Position numbers and translations under genes: made by a program. Below the pieces are notes generated by a model. The model was not told where the DNA came from. It did not search any database and worked only from the letters and a program-made list of their open reading frames with translations. Positions 1-13,126 of a stretch of 64,000 nucleotides of DNA are shown here, in pieces. The stretch comes from Chara braunii (taxonomy: Eukaryota; Plantae; Charophyceae), in NCBI GenBank assembly GCA_003427395.1, contig BFEA01000027.1:5399364-5463363 (forward strand), in the 5' to 3' direction. Every line of letters begins with the position of its first letter. The stretch's first letter is position 1.

Positions 1-500
1 TTTTTTTAATCCTGGTGCCAACGATGTTAACTCTGAATGTGAATATGGAAATGCACGGGCAGATATTAAAAGCAAGAAAGCCTTAGTCCAATTGGCCATT
101 TTCGATGGGCCCATAAACCTACTTACTCGTTGTCTCACAAAGTCGGCCCCGAATCTCGAATTTCTCTTCTGGCAACAAGTTTACTTTTCTGCAAGGCAGG
201 GGCTGTGCACTGGTGGTCTAAACCACCAATACCTTTCTCAGTTGTTGATGTCAAGTCTAAAAATGCCCTGCGAGGCAATTTTTGTCGAGCCTACAAGTGA
301 AAAGTATCAACACAAGAGAAAAAGAGGGCGGTACCAATAGACGTCTGACCAACAAAGGGAATACAAAGAAGGTCGTCGTTTTCACGCATGAAAAGGAAGT
401 GAAAAAAAAAAAAAAAACTCAAGGCATTTTAGTGTTTTCCACCTCTGGCGGAGAGTCTTTTATTTCTTTTTATGATATGGAGATGACGGTCTTTCATACC

Positions 501-860
501 TTTTTTATTTAGCATTTAGTATTGTGATGGGAAGGAACCCCGTAGCAGTCAGGCCATGTTCAAGCCTCCAACGAGGGAACAAGGGGGGTGCACTCTACTC
601 GCAGGAATGCGATATCAGTCAGGGGTCAGCCGGTAGCATCAAGACCGAGCTTCTTCTATGGGTCCGTTGTTGTGTCTTCCCTCCAGTCCCCTCCCTCTAC
701 AAACATTAGCAGTCACCGCTCAATGCCACTTAGGGGGACCAAGGGGCTCCCTTTAGGTGGCAGGTGACAAGCTTGCACATGAAGGTACATGAGCCGAATA
801 GGGATGAAACCTGATACCTCATGAATGTCACTTGCGTCCCTTACCAACCTTACCAGTTGA
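501..860 (-). mobile_element. Diverged copy of a tRNA-derived SINE (same family as the copies inside both LTRs)
   Basis: Collinear similarity to 47519-47901 (shared blocks aagcctccaacga, ggggtcagcc, gctcaatgccact, tttaggtggc, gaaggtacatgag, cttaccaac). The tRNA-like head is degraded here. Confidence 0.6.
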
Positions 861-1474
861 TCGACGGGGAACCCGTGATAAACAACTGCAATTCTGCTTT
901 CCTAGGAAAAAAAGAAGAAGTAAAAGTTAAAAAATGAATAGCAAGTTATTGAGACCTTATCGTACCACCTCGCGCCTGGCCAGAGGTACAGTCAGATGCA
1001 TTTCGGACAGAGTTGCGTAAGAATGCCTTGAAAAGGATGGGGCCGATAATGCACAGAGGGCGTTGTTCCACTGCTCTTTGAATGCACAAAAAACAAAAAT
1101 CATGGTCGTGTTATCGTTTTATGTTATAGGCGGAAATTAACTATCGTTTTGCACGAGGCTCATAGATTACTCTCCGCCTCTCACGCGAAGTCACATTAAA
1201 AACAAAAAACGTTTTTCTTCTTCTTCAAAAAAAAAAAAAAAAATGACATTTCAAGCTCTGAACTACTTGTGATGTATCTACCCATGTTTTACCAGACTGT
1301 TTATTCTCACTTTGCACACTTGGTGAGTAGTGACGAAAGACCCTAAACCTCGATAGGTTTTTTTTTTTAGAAGCCCTGCCAACAAGGCAGTGAAGTCTCT
1401 TCTCGTTTTTCATTACTTTGTAGCAGTAAATAGGTGAATGTTTATGATATTTAAGGAGAGATGCAATTCAAACT

Positions 1475-1505
<31 letters not shown>

Positions 1506-1843
1506 CAGACCCAAATCGTCCGCCTCTGTTTTGAAACAAAAACAAACGTCACTCATCATGAAATGAGAAACTGTGGACGACGCCCTATGCTAAATTTTGA
1601 ACGACCTAGACAAGCTAACATGCCTTATAACCGGTCTTAGGGACAACTGTGACTCGACCCAATTTTCCCTTTCGAAAACCCCAAACAGATCCGTCCTAAC
1701 AACGTTGTACTGCACGACCTTACCCAAAATGGAAAACACACGAAACGATGAAAATGCAAACCACACAAGTCAGCCTCATATGACTGCGAAGTATGTTGTC
1801 ATAAAATACTAAAAAATAGGGTTTTTTCTTTTCTTTCTTCATC

Positions 1844-2368
1844 GGGAACCATGTCCCACTAGCTCCATTGAGCGAGGTCGATGGCTAGTTTTCAACCTTG
1901 TTTGAATGTAGGCGACAACGAAAACGCACATAGTCAAAGTGTTATAACAGTCAGTTTTTAATAAAAAGGGCAATAGAGACAATCGTTGTTTTTTTTTCCA
2001 ACAGAAAACAAAGATGAATCCTTTCTTTCGAATAATACGCTCCCTACCCTCGTGACTATTTGTTGAGTTAGCTGTCTTTTTTTTTCGAGACAGTCATCTC
2101 AACGACCGTCTTATTGCCTCAAAATTCATTTTTATGATAAAAATTGTAGAAACCTTCTTCCATTTGTCATTTTCATACGGGATTCTGACAACTCTTCATT
2201 TTTTGTTGTAGAATTATTTGTATGTCACTCCAATTGTGAAAAATAAACAAGTATATCGGTGCTATTTATAAATGTATTTCTTATTTTCAAACGAATTAAA
2301 ATGAGCATTTTTAATTGTCGAACCGTTGAGTTGCCTTAACTAAACGGTGAAAGTAGGACATGGTTCCC
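1844..2368. mobile_element. MITE-like element with 16-bp terminal inverted repeats
   Basis: gggaaccatgtcccac at 1844 and gtaggacatggttccc ending at 2368 are reverse complements with 1 mismatch. AT-rich non-coding interior; no clear TSD. Confidence 0.5.
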
Positions 2369-3514
2369 ACGAACAGCCATATATTTTTCTTTCACCTCAC
2401 ATATTTAGCGTTTTGCCATGTCATGAAATGTATTTGTCTTTCACTACCTACCTACCACTACTCCTAAGGTTATAAAGGGGACTCCTGCAAGTATAGCTTG
2501 GTGGTGGCTAAATAGTGAGAGGTGAAATTGAGAGAAAAAATATAACTTTAAATAAAAAGAAAAACAATCGAGGTCGGGGTCCTCACAGGGCACAATTTCA
2601 CTAAGACATAAGCAAGGTAAAGTGTCCCCGATAATACATGTGGGACATCGCCTAACCATCGATGCAACAATTTTTTTATTTATTTTTTTAGCAATTACGA
2701 CTCAATGGTTGCTCGCATTGAAGCCCAGTGCCCAAGGCAAAATACACAGAGAGGAAAACGAAAGGGCAGCCAAGTAGTCTTGCCCATATGGGGGCACAAA
2801 GGTCCGCCCTCATACCAATATATCACTTTGGAAAAAGTTAACCGGACCCCAACAAGATCGTAGTAAGCTATAGAATCAGCAGGAACGTCCCGTAGGTTAA
2901 CGTGACAAAACTTGATTTACCTTTACCACCCCTGGGTGTGCTGCCCAATTATGCATAAGTCACCTCAACCCTTTATGTGTAAGTCTACTACTATAACGAG
3001 TTTAAGGGTTTGCTTGACCTATATAATCAATTCATGAAGAGAAGGGGGTTCATGATGTCAAACCACTCGATCCCCCGTTTTCCATAACACCCATAAGAGA
3101 GCAACCCTTGTAGAGAGCAACCCTTGTAACTTCCAACACGTATCGAGAGGAAGTAGGAAAATCACAAACCACAATACCCAACATCACCATCTCAGTAAAC
3201 CAAATGTTCATAAAGGCAGCAGATGACAAGGTAGTGGAGTTGAACCTTTTACGTTTTTTTTTCCCCTCCCAAGGCACCAACTCACATCGTCCAACGAACC
3301 GAAGAAAAACATTATATGAACTCTTGTTGAAACATACAAGTGGTTAACAGGGACCCCACTTTTCAACTCTAGGTTAACCCCCACAACATTTAAAAATGCA
3401 TTTGAGGATTTTTTTTTAGTTTTTTTTTCCACCTTGTTTTATTTTTTGTCAAGGTATACAAATACCAAGTTTCATGTTTATTAGGTTCCTGAAGATTATT
3501 GTTTTGGTTAGCCC

Positions 3515-3592
3515 TGAAAATCATGAAAATCATAAAAATCATGAAAATCATGAAAATCATGAAAATCATGAAAATCATGAAAATCATGAAAA
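3515..3592. repeat. 9-bp tandem repeat (aaaatcatg)n, about 8 copies
   Basis: Directly visible; it produces the spurious MIFMIF ORF. Confidence 0.9.
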
Positions 3593-4845
3593 ACTGAAGA
3601 AATCGAATTTTGCATAAAACACATTTTTCCCTTTGAGTTTTAGGCTTCTTCCATTTTTTTTTTTTTTTTTTTTTTTTTCAATTTATGAATTGGTGACAAT
3701 TTTGGCTTAAAAGGTGTGAGAGGTTTATTGAAACCACTTCCAAACTTCAACCCTTTTCATGCTAATGCATGTTTTCCAATATAAGCGAATAACAAACATA
3801 ACCATTTCAAAATGTCGTTGCAAATTTAAGATTAGTTTTTCAGTTCAAGCAATGAAAGCTTCACGATTTTTCAACAGTAACTATAAATATGGCAATTCAC
3901 ACTTCCCCGAACTGATTTCTGCAAGGGAAGGAAATATATCATCTATCATTTCTCAAGATAGATAGTTTATCACAAATCAGTTATGCTAAAAGGCAAACAC
4001 GAAAATAACTTTGGTGGCCAACAGAGGGAGAGCACAACCCTCCACTCTTAGGATATACCATTTCACATAAATGGAGGGTAAACATACTTACAACAGCAGT
4101 GAGGTAAGAGCAAAGTAAACCATACCGAGCTTGGTCACCAAAATCCCCGATTTTCCGTTGAAATGCAGTTAGTTAACCTTTTTCAAGTTGCAAACTTGGA
4201 GCAAACCTAGAGCGTACAAATGATTTAGAGACGAAAAAACTTGTCTACAAAAGTATCAACAAAAACCTCAGTTTCCTAAAACACATTTTTTTTCATAATT
4301 CTATCATAACTTACTTTCGGTATTAAAAAAAAACACAATATTTTGTTGTCAAAGGTAAAATGCACCCATAAGTTTAATTTGTCTCGCACCTAAATTAAAT
4401 AAAAGAAAAAGAAAGTGCACGTGTCATGATTTTAATAAAATGTAGCAAAATTGAATATGCATCATTATGCATGTATATTTGAAAGTTTTGTTTTGATTTC
4501 AATTTTATTGTTTATTTTTTCAATTGTGAACAATAGGACGTAAAACAACTAATTGGAAACATTTTTTTCTATCAACAGTATTTCAAATGTGAAATGAAAA
4601 ATCAAGTATTTATAAAGATTGGTATTTTCATATCAATAACACCCCTCTCAAATATTTTATATTTATCTAAAATAAAACAAATGCATGATTTAGTATGAAA
4701 AATGTCATAGAAATGATTTCCTTGAGCACACTAAAAAATAACAATTATCACGTATCACTTTTCTTCCAATGAGGCAGTTAAGCGGCAAATTTACTACATC
4801 TTCATTCGGACATGACATTACCGTTTTTTATGTTTTTATGTAGCC

Positions 4846-5050
4846 ATCCAGCCAGGCCGCCTAGGTCCCGGGTAGTCAGCGCGTGCAAGGACCAGGGACT
4901 GTCCCAACAAAAGAAAACAAAAAAAACAATTGAAAAAACTATGAAACAAAACTATGTTATGCAGCAAAATAAACTGAACAACTTTTGCCTCAGGGTCAGA
5001 TCGCAATTCTTCACCAAATTTAGAATAAAAAATAAAATTAAAAAATAGTG
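4846..5050 (+). repeat. ~200-bp dispersed repeat family (also near 8820-9010, 19815-19985, 37870-38050, 38210-38400)
   Basis: Recurring pattern ccagccaggccgc...cgtgcaaggacca...aaaactatgttatgcagaaaa...agggtcacatcgaaattc..caccaaattt. Confidence 0.7.
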
Positions 5051-5221
5051 TTTTTATTTTTATGTATTTTAATGTTTTTGGCCCGGCCGGGAAAGTGACC
5101 CCGGACCACTCCAATAGCCTCAAGATGTCATATAATGGTTGTGTGTTATGATTCATGTATCAATATAATTCAGCTCCATGANNNNNNNNNNNNNNNNNNN
5201 NNNNNNNNNNNNNNNNNNNNN

Positions 5222-5566
5222 CGAGGCTATAGTTTTATTTCCTTTTCTTGTTTTGTAAATTTCACAGCCGCAACTTTTTTTTTTTTTTTTTTTTTTCGTG
5301 AGAGTACCATAAAGAAATGGATTGGACTCAGGCTCGACAAACTCAAAGTGTAGTGAAAATCAAGATCAACAAAAACAGGCTTTGTAAGCTATTAAATTGG
5401 ATAAGCTTACAAAGCCTGTTTCTACTGATCCTGATTTTCATTACACTCTAAGTTTGCCGAGCCTGGGTCCAACTCCATTTCTTTACGGTACTCTCATGGG
5501 GGAAAAAAAAAAAGTTGCGGCCGTGAAATTCAAAAAACAAGAAAGGGAAATAAAACTATAGCCGCG
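5222..5566. mobile_element. Foldback/MITE-like ~345-bp imperfect palindrome
   Basis: Left arm ggctatagttttatttcc...aggctttgtaagct pairs with right arm agcttacaaagcct...ggaaataaaactatagcc around a short loop. It may extend into the adjacent N gap. Confidence 0.75.
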
Positions 5567-7937
5567 ATTGCAGTTATATACATTATTGGAAGTGATAGTG
5601 TGAGCGTGCCCTCAGTGAGGGCATCTCAGCCCCGTGATCAGGTTGTTGTATTTCATAAACTCAAAACAAGAAAATAAGTGAGAAACACAGATTCAAACGT
5701 GAAAATGGCAAGATACATTCCTCTAAATCTCGATGTGATCAGGGTTACAATCCTTTGAGGAGACACAACTTCAGCAAATCACGGATTTAGATTGTAAGAT
5801 TCTAGAAAAAAGAAAACAAGAAGAAAAAAAACGGAAATACGGATTCGGCATTGAAAATGACCGGATATATCACGGTTACAATCCTATGAGGAAACACAGT
5901 TACAGCAGATCACAGATTTTGCCATGCCTCATTATCAGGGGACCCATAACAAACAAAAGATAAATAAAAAACAAAAAAGAACAATTTGTACAATGTGACC
6001 ATCTTTGTTGTAAGATGCATTAAAAAATGTGAGCACGACCGCCCAGACTACTCTGCCCGACATCATTGCAGTACAAAGTTTTTTTTTTTCCCCTTTTCTT
6101 TTTGTGCACGGGCAAAAGACTACGATTTATGAAATATTGCCAATTACGTGTCTCACCCCCGATTTATCTAGGAACTGGCAAAAACTCGTAATTCCCAACA
6201 TTGGTGGAGGTACGAGTGATTTAAAATAACGAGCAAATATGCAAGACTAAACAGTGGCAAACCCAAGCTTGTAAAATATTGTTCGGGGTTTAGTTTTCCT
6301 AATCTGCCTCTGCCGCAGGGCAGCAGCCTACATGTTGCAACCACACAAAATTACACTATTACCATACCTCTATAACATTTGTTTTTTTACCTTATATAAT
6401 GAAGATAAACTGAACATCCAAATAGTAGTGATGCTTTTCGTTCCTAATTACGAGAGTCAAATGAGAATTAATAATATGTTTTTCCTCATCGCTATCTCTT
6501 TCCTCCTCTCTGTTCGATATGCATATGTGTTATATTCAAGTGGTGTTGTATTATTTTAATTCAAATATATGTTATATTTATGTTCACTTTACCAACTTTA
6601 GGAGCTCAAGGAAAACTGACACAGACTAAGTAAGCTCAATTTTAGGTAGTGGCAGAAAACCTTGTCAAGGGGTTTGTTCCTTGACAAAACTGGTGTAATT
6701 CTATAGATAACCTGAGACGAAAATAAATTAAATATGGTGTTCTATCTTTCCATTGTCTAACAAAAAAAATATTTTTGTTTCCTCCACTTTCACATTGGTG
6801 GACAAAGGCAAAACTCTTGAAACAAGAAACTTCATACAACCAATGTTTTGACTTATTAGCTTCTCAAAGCAAAAGTGTAAATAGCATAATACATGTTAAG
6901 AAAGTTAAGAAATAAGAGCCTTGCAACATAAAGAATGTTAGTTATGAAAAGTAAATATGTTTTTTGGCATAGGAAGTCGTTAGGCTAAAAAATAAAACCA
7001 GAGAAAATATTGCATCAGGTGGCGTTTCAATAACATAAAGTACAATGATAGTTTTTTTCCTAAAAAAAAAAAAAAACAGTGAAAAATAATAGAGCAGAAA
7101 ATGAGAGAAAAAAAAGAAAAGGAAAGAGAGAGAAATACATAAAAAAAAAGAGAACGAGGAAAAAAAAGAGAATAAAATAAATTTATACAATGAAAAAAAT
7201 AAAAACTACAATAAATGTTATGTGAGCAACATGAATTTTGAGAGGAGTTTGATGATTATTGTGAAGTGTACGGGGTATGAGAAATAAAGATATAAAATAT
7301 AGATATAAGTCAAAGGTGTTGCTTATGAGTAATTTATTTTTGTTTTTGAACTTAATATCCTGCCTTACTCTACAATTTCCAATATATATGTTTGGGTTCT
7401 AACAACAAATTCACTCTCATTTGGTGTTGCATAGGAGTTATATTTTTGTTTTTCACACTGATTATTGCGTCTTACTCTATGACTCACAATATTTATTTTT
7501 ATATTATGATACAAGATTCACTCTTATTTTGCATATTAGGTGAACCATAGGTCCAACGGGTTTAACGTTATTTTTTTTTTAATCATTTTTAAGGATATAA
7601 TATATGTTTATATAAAATATGCATTTTTTATGCTAATGGAGAAGACCCTTCTCATAGTGGATATTGCGTAGACGTACATTGTATTGCTTATAAGGAAAAC
7701 GTTATTGCAAGGCTATACTATATATTATTACTTCATTTCTGGGTAAATATTTGTTCTGTATATTTTGATAACATTCCTCGTACGATGAGGAAACAATATT
7801 TTTTATTTTGTATTTTTATATATATTTCTCAATACATGAAATAAAAATGTAAACGTGCAAAATAAGAATGAAACTTCTATTACACTACAAAATAATATTT
7901 TGTCATATTTTATATATTTTGTGTATGTTGAAGTAGT

Positions 7938-7988
<51 letters not shown>

Positions 7989-8019
7989 CAATAGCCAACA
8001 ACGTTGATAGTTTTTTGTC

Positions 8020-8440
8020 TGGCCTGTTTTTTAGGGCGCCTGGACACCCAACATGTGCCCGGATACACCTCCGCTTGACCGACCGGGCATGATTTTAAGG
8101 TAGGGTTTCAAGCAGCCCAAGTGAGAAAACCACTAAAAACTAAAAAATAATAATAATATAAACGAAAGTAACAAAATTACAGAAAAAGAAATGTTATGTG
8201 AAATTGTAATATAAACGACTTTGGGTTGAGGGTCACATAAAAATTCCTCACCGAATCGAAGATAACAAATAAAATAAGTAAATCACACTTCGGTGAGTTT
8301 TAAACCTCTTTCGCCCCTTTAAAACAAATTTATACCCCCTTCCCCACCCTTGACAGCCAACTCTAAAAAAATAAAAAGAGTCCGGATTTGGGGTCCTCTT
8401 GTAGAGTGCAGTAGGTTTTTTTTTTTTTTTTTTTTTTTTG
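8020..8440 (+). repeat. ~420-bp repeat shared with 19985-20400
   Basis: Shared blocks cggatacac, caagcagccc, gttgagggtcac, tataccccct, ccggatttg followed by a poly-T tract. Confidence 0.55.
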
Positions 8441-9033
8441 CACGCTCGGATACCCTGGGTGTCAAGCCAGGGTGCGCGACCAGGCATGAAAATGTTTATA
8501 GGTTTTTGCCTGTAATAGATAGTATCAAACATTTATTAATCGTGATGTGCACGTAGTACTCTTATTTATTTTGTATGCTTGGTTTTGTAAACATCATTGC
8601 TCACATCTCATTAATTTATAATAACGGTATCATGAAAAGTCATAAAAACCAAAATACATATAAAAAAAACATGACCTTCAACCTTGATATTAAACCAAAT
8701 TGTGACTGAAATTTAATTACTATTAAGCATATTATTGAGAGAGGTGGTTAACGGGAACCTCAATTTTCAGACAACTTCTCACGTCATTTAAAAAAAAAAA
8801 AAAAAAAACATTTTAACCTAGACTACCAGCCGGGCCGCCCAGGTCACCCTTCTCGGGCGATCTAGCCGTGCAAGAACTAAGGAACATCTAAAAAAAAAAA
8901 ACAAAAAAAAAAAATCTAGAAAAAACCAAAATTATGCAGAAAAATAAACGGAACAATTTTTGCCTGAGGGTCACATCAAAATTCATTACCAATTTTAAAT
9001 CAAATATTAATTTGTATTTTTTATTATTATTAT

Positions 9034-9972
9034 CAGGGTTACCTGACCTAACGTTCGGGGGGCTCCGGGCTGGCCCCCGAACGTTCGGGCGTTCGGGGAT
9101 CCGTTCGGGGGCCAAACACGTTCAGGTTTAGCCCCCGCCAAAACATGTTACGGGGCCTAAAAATAACTTTTTTTTTTTGAGTTTATTTTTTTTTGAGTTC
9201 TTTATGATGTAAACTACACGCCTATAAATTTTGAAGCCATTCTGCTGCGCCACAAAAACATTAAAAATCGTCAAAGATGGGGGTGTCAAAACGTGCTCGA
9301 CCACTCCCTATTTTGTTTTTTTTCCCTTTTAACTTTTTGTTTGCACTTTATTTCGGGGCCTAAAACATTTTATTATTTTTTGAAAACTTTTTAATGAGTT
9401 ATTAATTATGTAAGCTACGTACCTGTAAATTTTCGAGGCATTTGTCAATGCCAAAAAATAATTAAAAATCGGCAAAGATGGCGGTGTCGAAAAGGTGCTG
9501 GCACACTCACTCGTTTTAATTTTCTTTTTATTTATTTTTTATTTTCAAAATTTTTATCATATTGTTTATTTTATGTATTTAATTTTTAATTCAAATTTGG
9601 AAAAGAATTTGGATGTAGTGCCCAAATAAATGTTGCTTAGTTTATTTGTCTCTATAACATATTGTTTTTAGGGAATGTTTTNNNNNNNNNNNNNNNNNNN
9701 NNNNNNNNNNNNNNNNNNNNNNNNNNNNNNNNNNNNNNNNNNNNNNNNNNNNNNNNNNNNNNNNNNNNNNNNNNNNNNNNNNNNNNNNNNNNNNNNNNNN
9801 NNNNNNNNNNNNNNNNNNNNNNNNNNNNNNNNNNNNNNNNTTTTTTTTTTTTTTTTTTTTTTTTTTTTTGGTCTGCGTTCGGTCCGAACGGCCGAACGCC
9901 TTCCGAAGGGGTCCCGTACGTTTGGGCGTTCGGGTTCGGGCGTTCGGCCCGTCCCAAACGCCGGCAACCCTG
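9034..9972. mobile_element. Non-autonomous hAT-like DNA transposon
   Basis: Termini CAGGGTT...AACCCTG, flanked by attattat on both sides (8 bp, within a microsatellite), with subterminal ccgaac/gttcgg repeats. Inverted homolog at 38873-39645. Confidence 0.7.
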
Positions 9973-10399
9973 ATTATTATTATTTTTTGCCCGACTGGGT
10001 AAGTGAACCCAGACAACTCTAGTATCTCACCATATCAAAGCCTTACTGTTCCAGCCACAACAAGATGCAAATCCTACAACATACGTATTGAAAAATAAAT
10101 AAAAAATAAATAAATCTAATGCTGACCAAAACCAGCAATGTTTCGATGGCGTTCTCCGAGTCTACACGAAAGACCAGAAACCTCTGCGAAAACCGAAGCC
10201 ATGTCACCATATCAAACAACAGAACAAGTGAAGGCAAGTTACCTGCAAAATTGTGCTCCACTTTCGACCATAACTGAAACTAGTTGAACATGAGGGTCCA
10301 AAACAAGAAGACCGGACGTTGTTTCAACGTTCACTATCATGTCAGGCTCGCTCCTGGTTTGCGTATAACCGCTTGATAATGTATGGCCAGATTTGATCT

Positions 10400-13090
10400 C
10401 TCCCTTTGGAGAAATGACGCAAACCCGCTCCATGAAATGTGATGGGAAATCCTCCATCCGTAGTTCATGTGTCAGAGTCAAGACTCTCAAGGGCATTTGA
10501 TATCTCATGTTAGTATTTTGATCGATTCTGTGCAGATGACTCAAAACAACAGTGGTTTTCTGTTGTTTGTTGCCCCATGAATGAAAGGATTGGCCTACTT
10601 TGAACTCCTAAGTATCACCCTCCCAGTTGGTATGCTCGTTCTTAGCCGACTGATAGCAGCCAATGTATGGTGAAATAATGCTAACAGACATTCTTGTCCC
10701 TATAGAATCCCAAGAATTTGTCCCATCGTATATCCGCTTCAACTGTAGATTTTATGGGTAGCAGAGTTCAAAACGTTTTCTGATGTTATCCACCAACATC
10801 GTGCTACGTGGACAATTCAGGACAACCAAACAAATATCGTTCATGAGACACAGGCTATACACACATTGCCTAGCTGTCCCCTGATTATTATGAAATCGAA
10901 AATCAGCGTACGCACACATGATACATGCAAGTGGGGGGTTCGTGCTCGTCCTTATAAGGACGCCCACCACTTACCTGAGTAGCACACATGTGGCTTTAGT
11001 ATACGTGTGCTTGAGCTCGAAACCTACAAATTTCTTGACTTGCTGCTGATCAACTGAGCGCCAGTGGTCGTCACTTATGGTACGACCGAATGTATTACCC
11101 CTCCCTCGTGTGTTGACTCTTACCGAATTACGACCCTTGCTCACATGATATTCAACGAGCGAGTCTACCACATCAACAATATCTTCATGGGGTAGCTTCG
11201 TGAACATGTTTTTGATATTATATGACATTACCGACAGATCATATTGCGCCCCAATCTTCTTGCTTATCTTCTTGTTGATCCTTTCTAGGCGTGACACTAA
11301 TGATGCTACCGACTTGAGATTGAAGTGTCGGTCGGCTAGCAACGTGGACAGCAGGTGATTCAGTGTCCTTGCTACTGTTGTACACTTTTTCACCGTGGGT
11401 TCCACAAATGTTGGGCAGATTGGTCGATATCGTGTGAAGTTTTTGTGTTTAGGTATCACATATGCCTTCCCAAATTGACCTTTCTTATCCCAACGAACAA
11501 AGCTTTGTAGACCCAGTATCTTCGCATTCGCCTTCATCTCAGTCTTCACGGTTGCTTTATGCGTTTCAACCACCACGTATCCAAAATTACAAACAAAGAG
11601 CCTCGTCATTGCTTCGTAGTACACCTTTGGACAAAGTACTAAGGTTTGCCCCGGGTTCCGGTCCAAGGGTGTAAGTACTAGACCATCAAGTCTAGTCTCC
11701 ATATCGAGTATCAGGCGCACATCGATACACTTCATCTTCTCATCACTACTGGTTGTCATACACTTGTCGATGTCAACCCTACAGATCGTAGGTAGCATAC
11801 CACGAAAGTTCACCCAACTTTCAAACCCATCAACTATCTCCTTCATCAAAAGCTTCCCTTTACCCGGGTGAACCATCTTAGGTATATTGTTAGTATTGCA
11901 TAAAAGAGGATGCACCTCATCCAACTCTTGTAATCTGCATTGCACGTAACCTCATATCCGTTGATAGGGAAAACCTTTATAAGAACATGTTAACACATCC
12001 GTTGTGTAGCAGATCCGCCACTGACCGTTTTTTTCCCCATACAATGCGGATCCCATTTCGTGCAGCATTATTGGTACAAGTAGGTAGATTCATTCTTTGA
12101 ATAATATCATTCAACATTTTTTTCACCTCCACCACTCTAATCCGATCTTCAAACTTCAATCGCACAGTCAACTTCACACCAATGTTGCATCCGTAGCTGC
12201 TCCTAATCAAGGCTAAAGTGTCGTAGATCGTCGATACGTTTAAGGTTGTGGAGTACAAAAATAAAAAATTTCTTTTTCGGTTCTGACTTCGGTTTCCATC
12301 GCCGCAGGTGACATACCTTGATTACTTCACCCTGCTCGATGAACAACTTGCATTCGCTGAGTTTCTTCAGCTTGTCATTCACCTTCACAATACTTTGGCC
12401 GAACGCATTCCGCACCGATTTCCACCATCCACACCAACACTTGCCAGTACATGTGTACTGAGCAAACTACCTTCGTTCCATCGAATCCTGAGCTTCCTTC
12501 ATCTAAAAAAGGTCAACACTCCATTTATCATCCCTACACACTCGTGCCTTCACCGGGATAACACCTGTAGGCTGGTACACATTCCGTTCTCCAACATACT
12601 TTTGCAGTCTTTCCTGTTTCCCTTTCCGTCTGCGATTGTTACGCCTCTTCTTGCTTGTCTTCCCTGTTGTATTTAATATCGAAGACCATCGTCTAATGAA
12701 GGTTTGTTCCATCTGTGGTAATTCTTCACTCCGACAGTAGTCAACGGGCAAGAATACGTAAGTTTGCATCCCAAAAAGTCGCCACCATCTGTAGAGGTGG
12801 TTCTGTTTTTTTCCTCGATTGCAGCAGTAAACATGCTCCCTCTATCGCAACTTCCCTTCCTTGCTTGTTTGTCCAACATACATAGCACGACACTTGGGTA
12901 AAGCGATCACGTAAACACAATTGGAAGCCTCGATAATGTCGTGGACACCACAGTGCTTATAGACGTTAAACCATGACTCCACGCACTTGCGCAGCTACCG
13001 AATCTGGTTAGAGAGTGCGAGGGTGATGACCACCAAGCGATATAAAGTTTCGACTGAGTTATCGACAATATCCTTCCTACGAAGATCAAT
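10400..13090 (-). pseudogene. PLE-1 pol pseudogene: N-terminal GIY-YIG-like endonuclease region followed by reverse transcriptase
   Basis: Fragments: GKAYVIPKHKNFTRYRPICPT; SYNIKNMFTKLPH (motif A, D>N); GVLIRTSTNPPLACIMC (motif B, degraded); LMNDICLVV (motif C); upstream LPQMEQTFIRRWSSILN resembles a GIY-YIG C-terminal helix. Many stops and frameshifts. Confidence 0.75.
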
Positions 13091-13126
13091 CAAACATCGA
13101 TAGAGGGTCCAAAGATCACCCGTACT

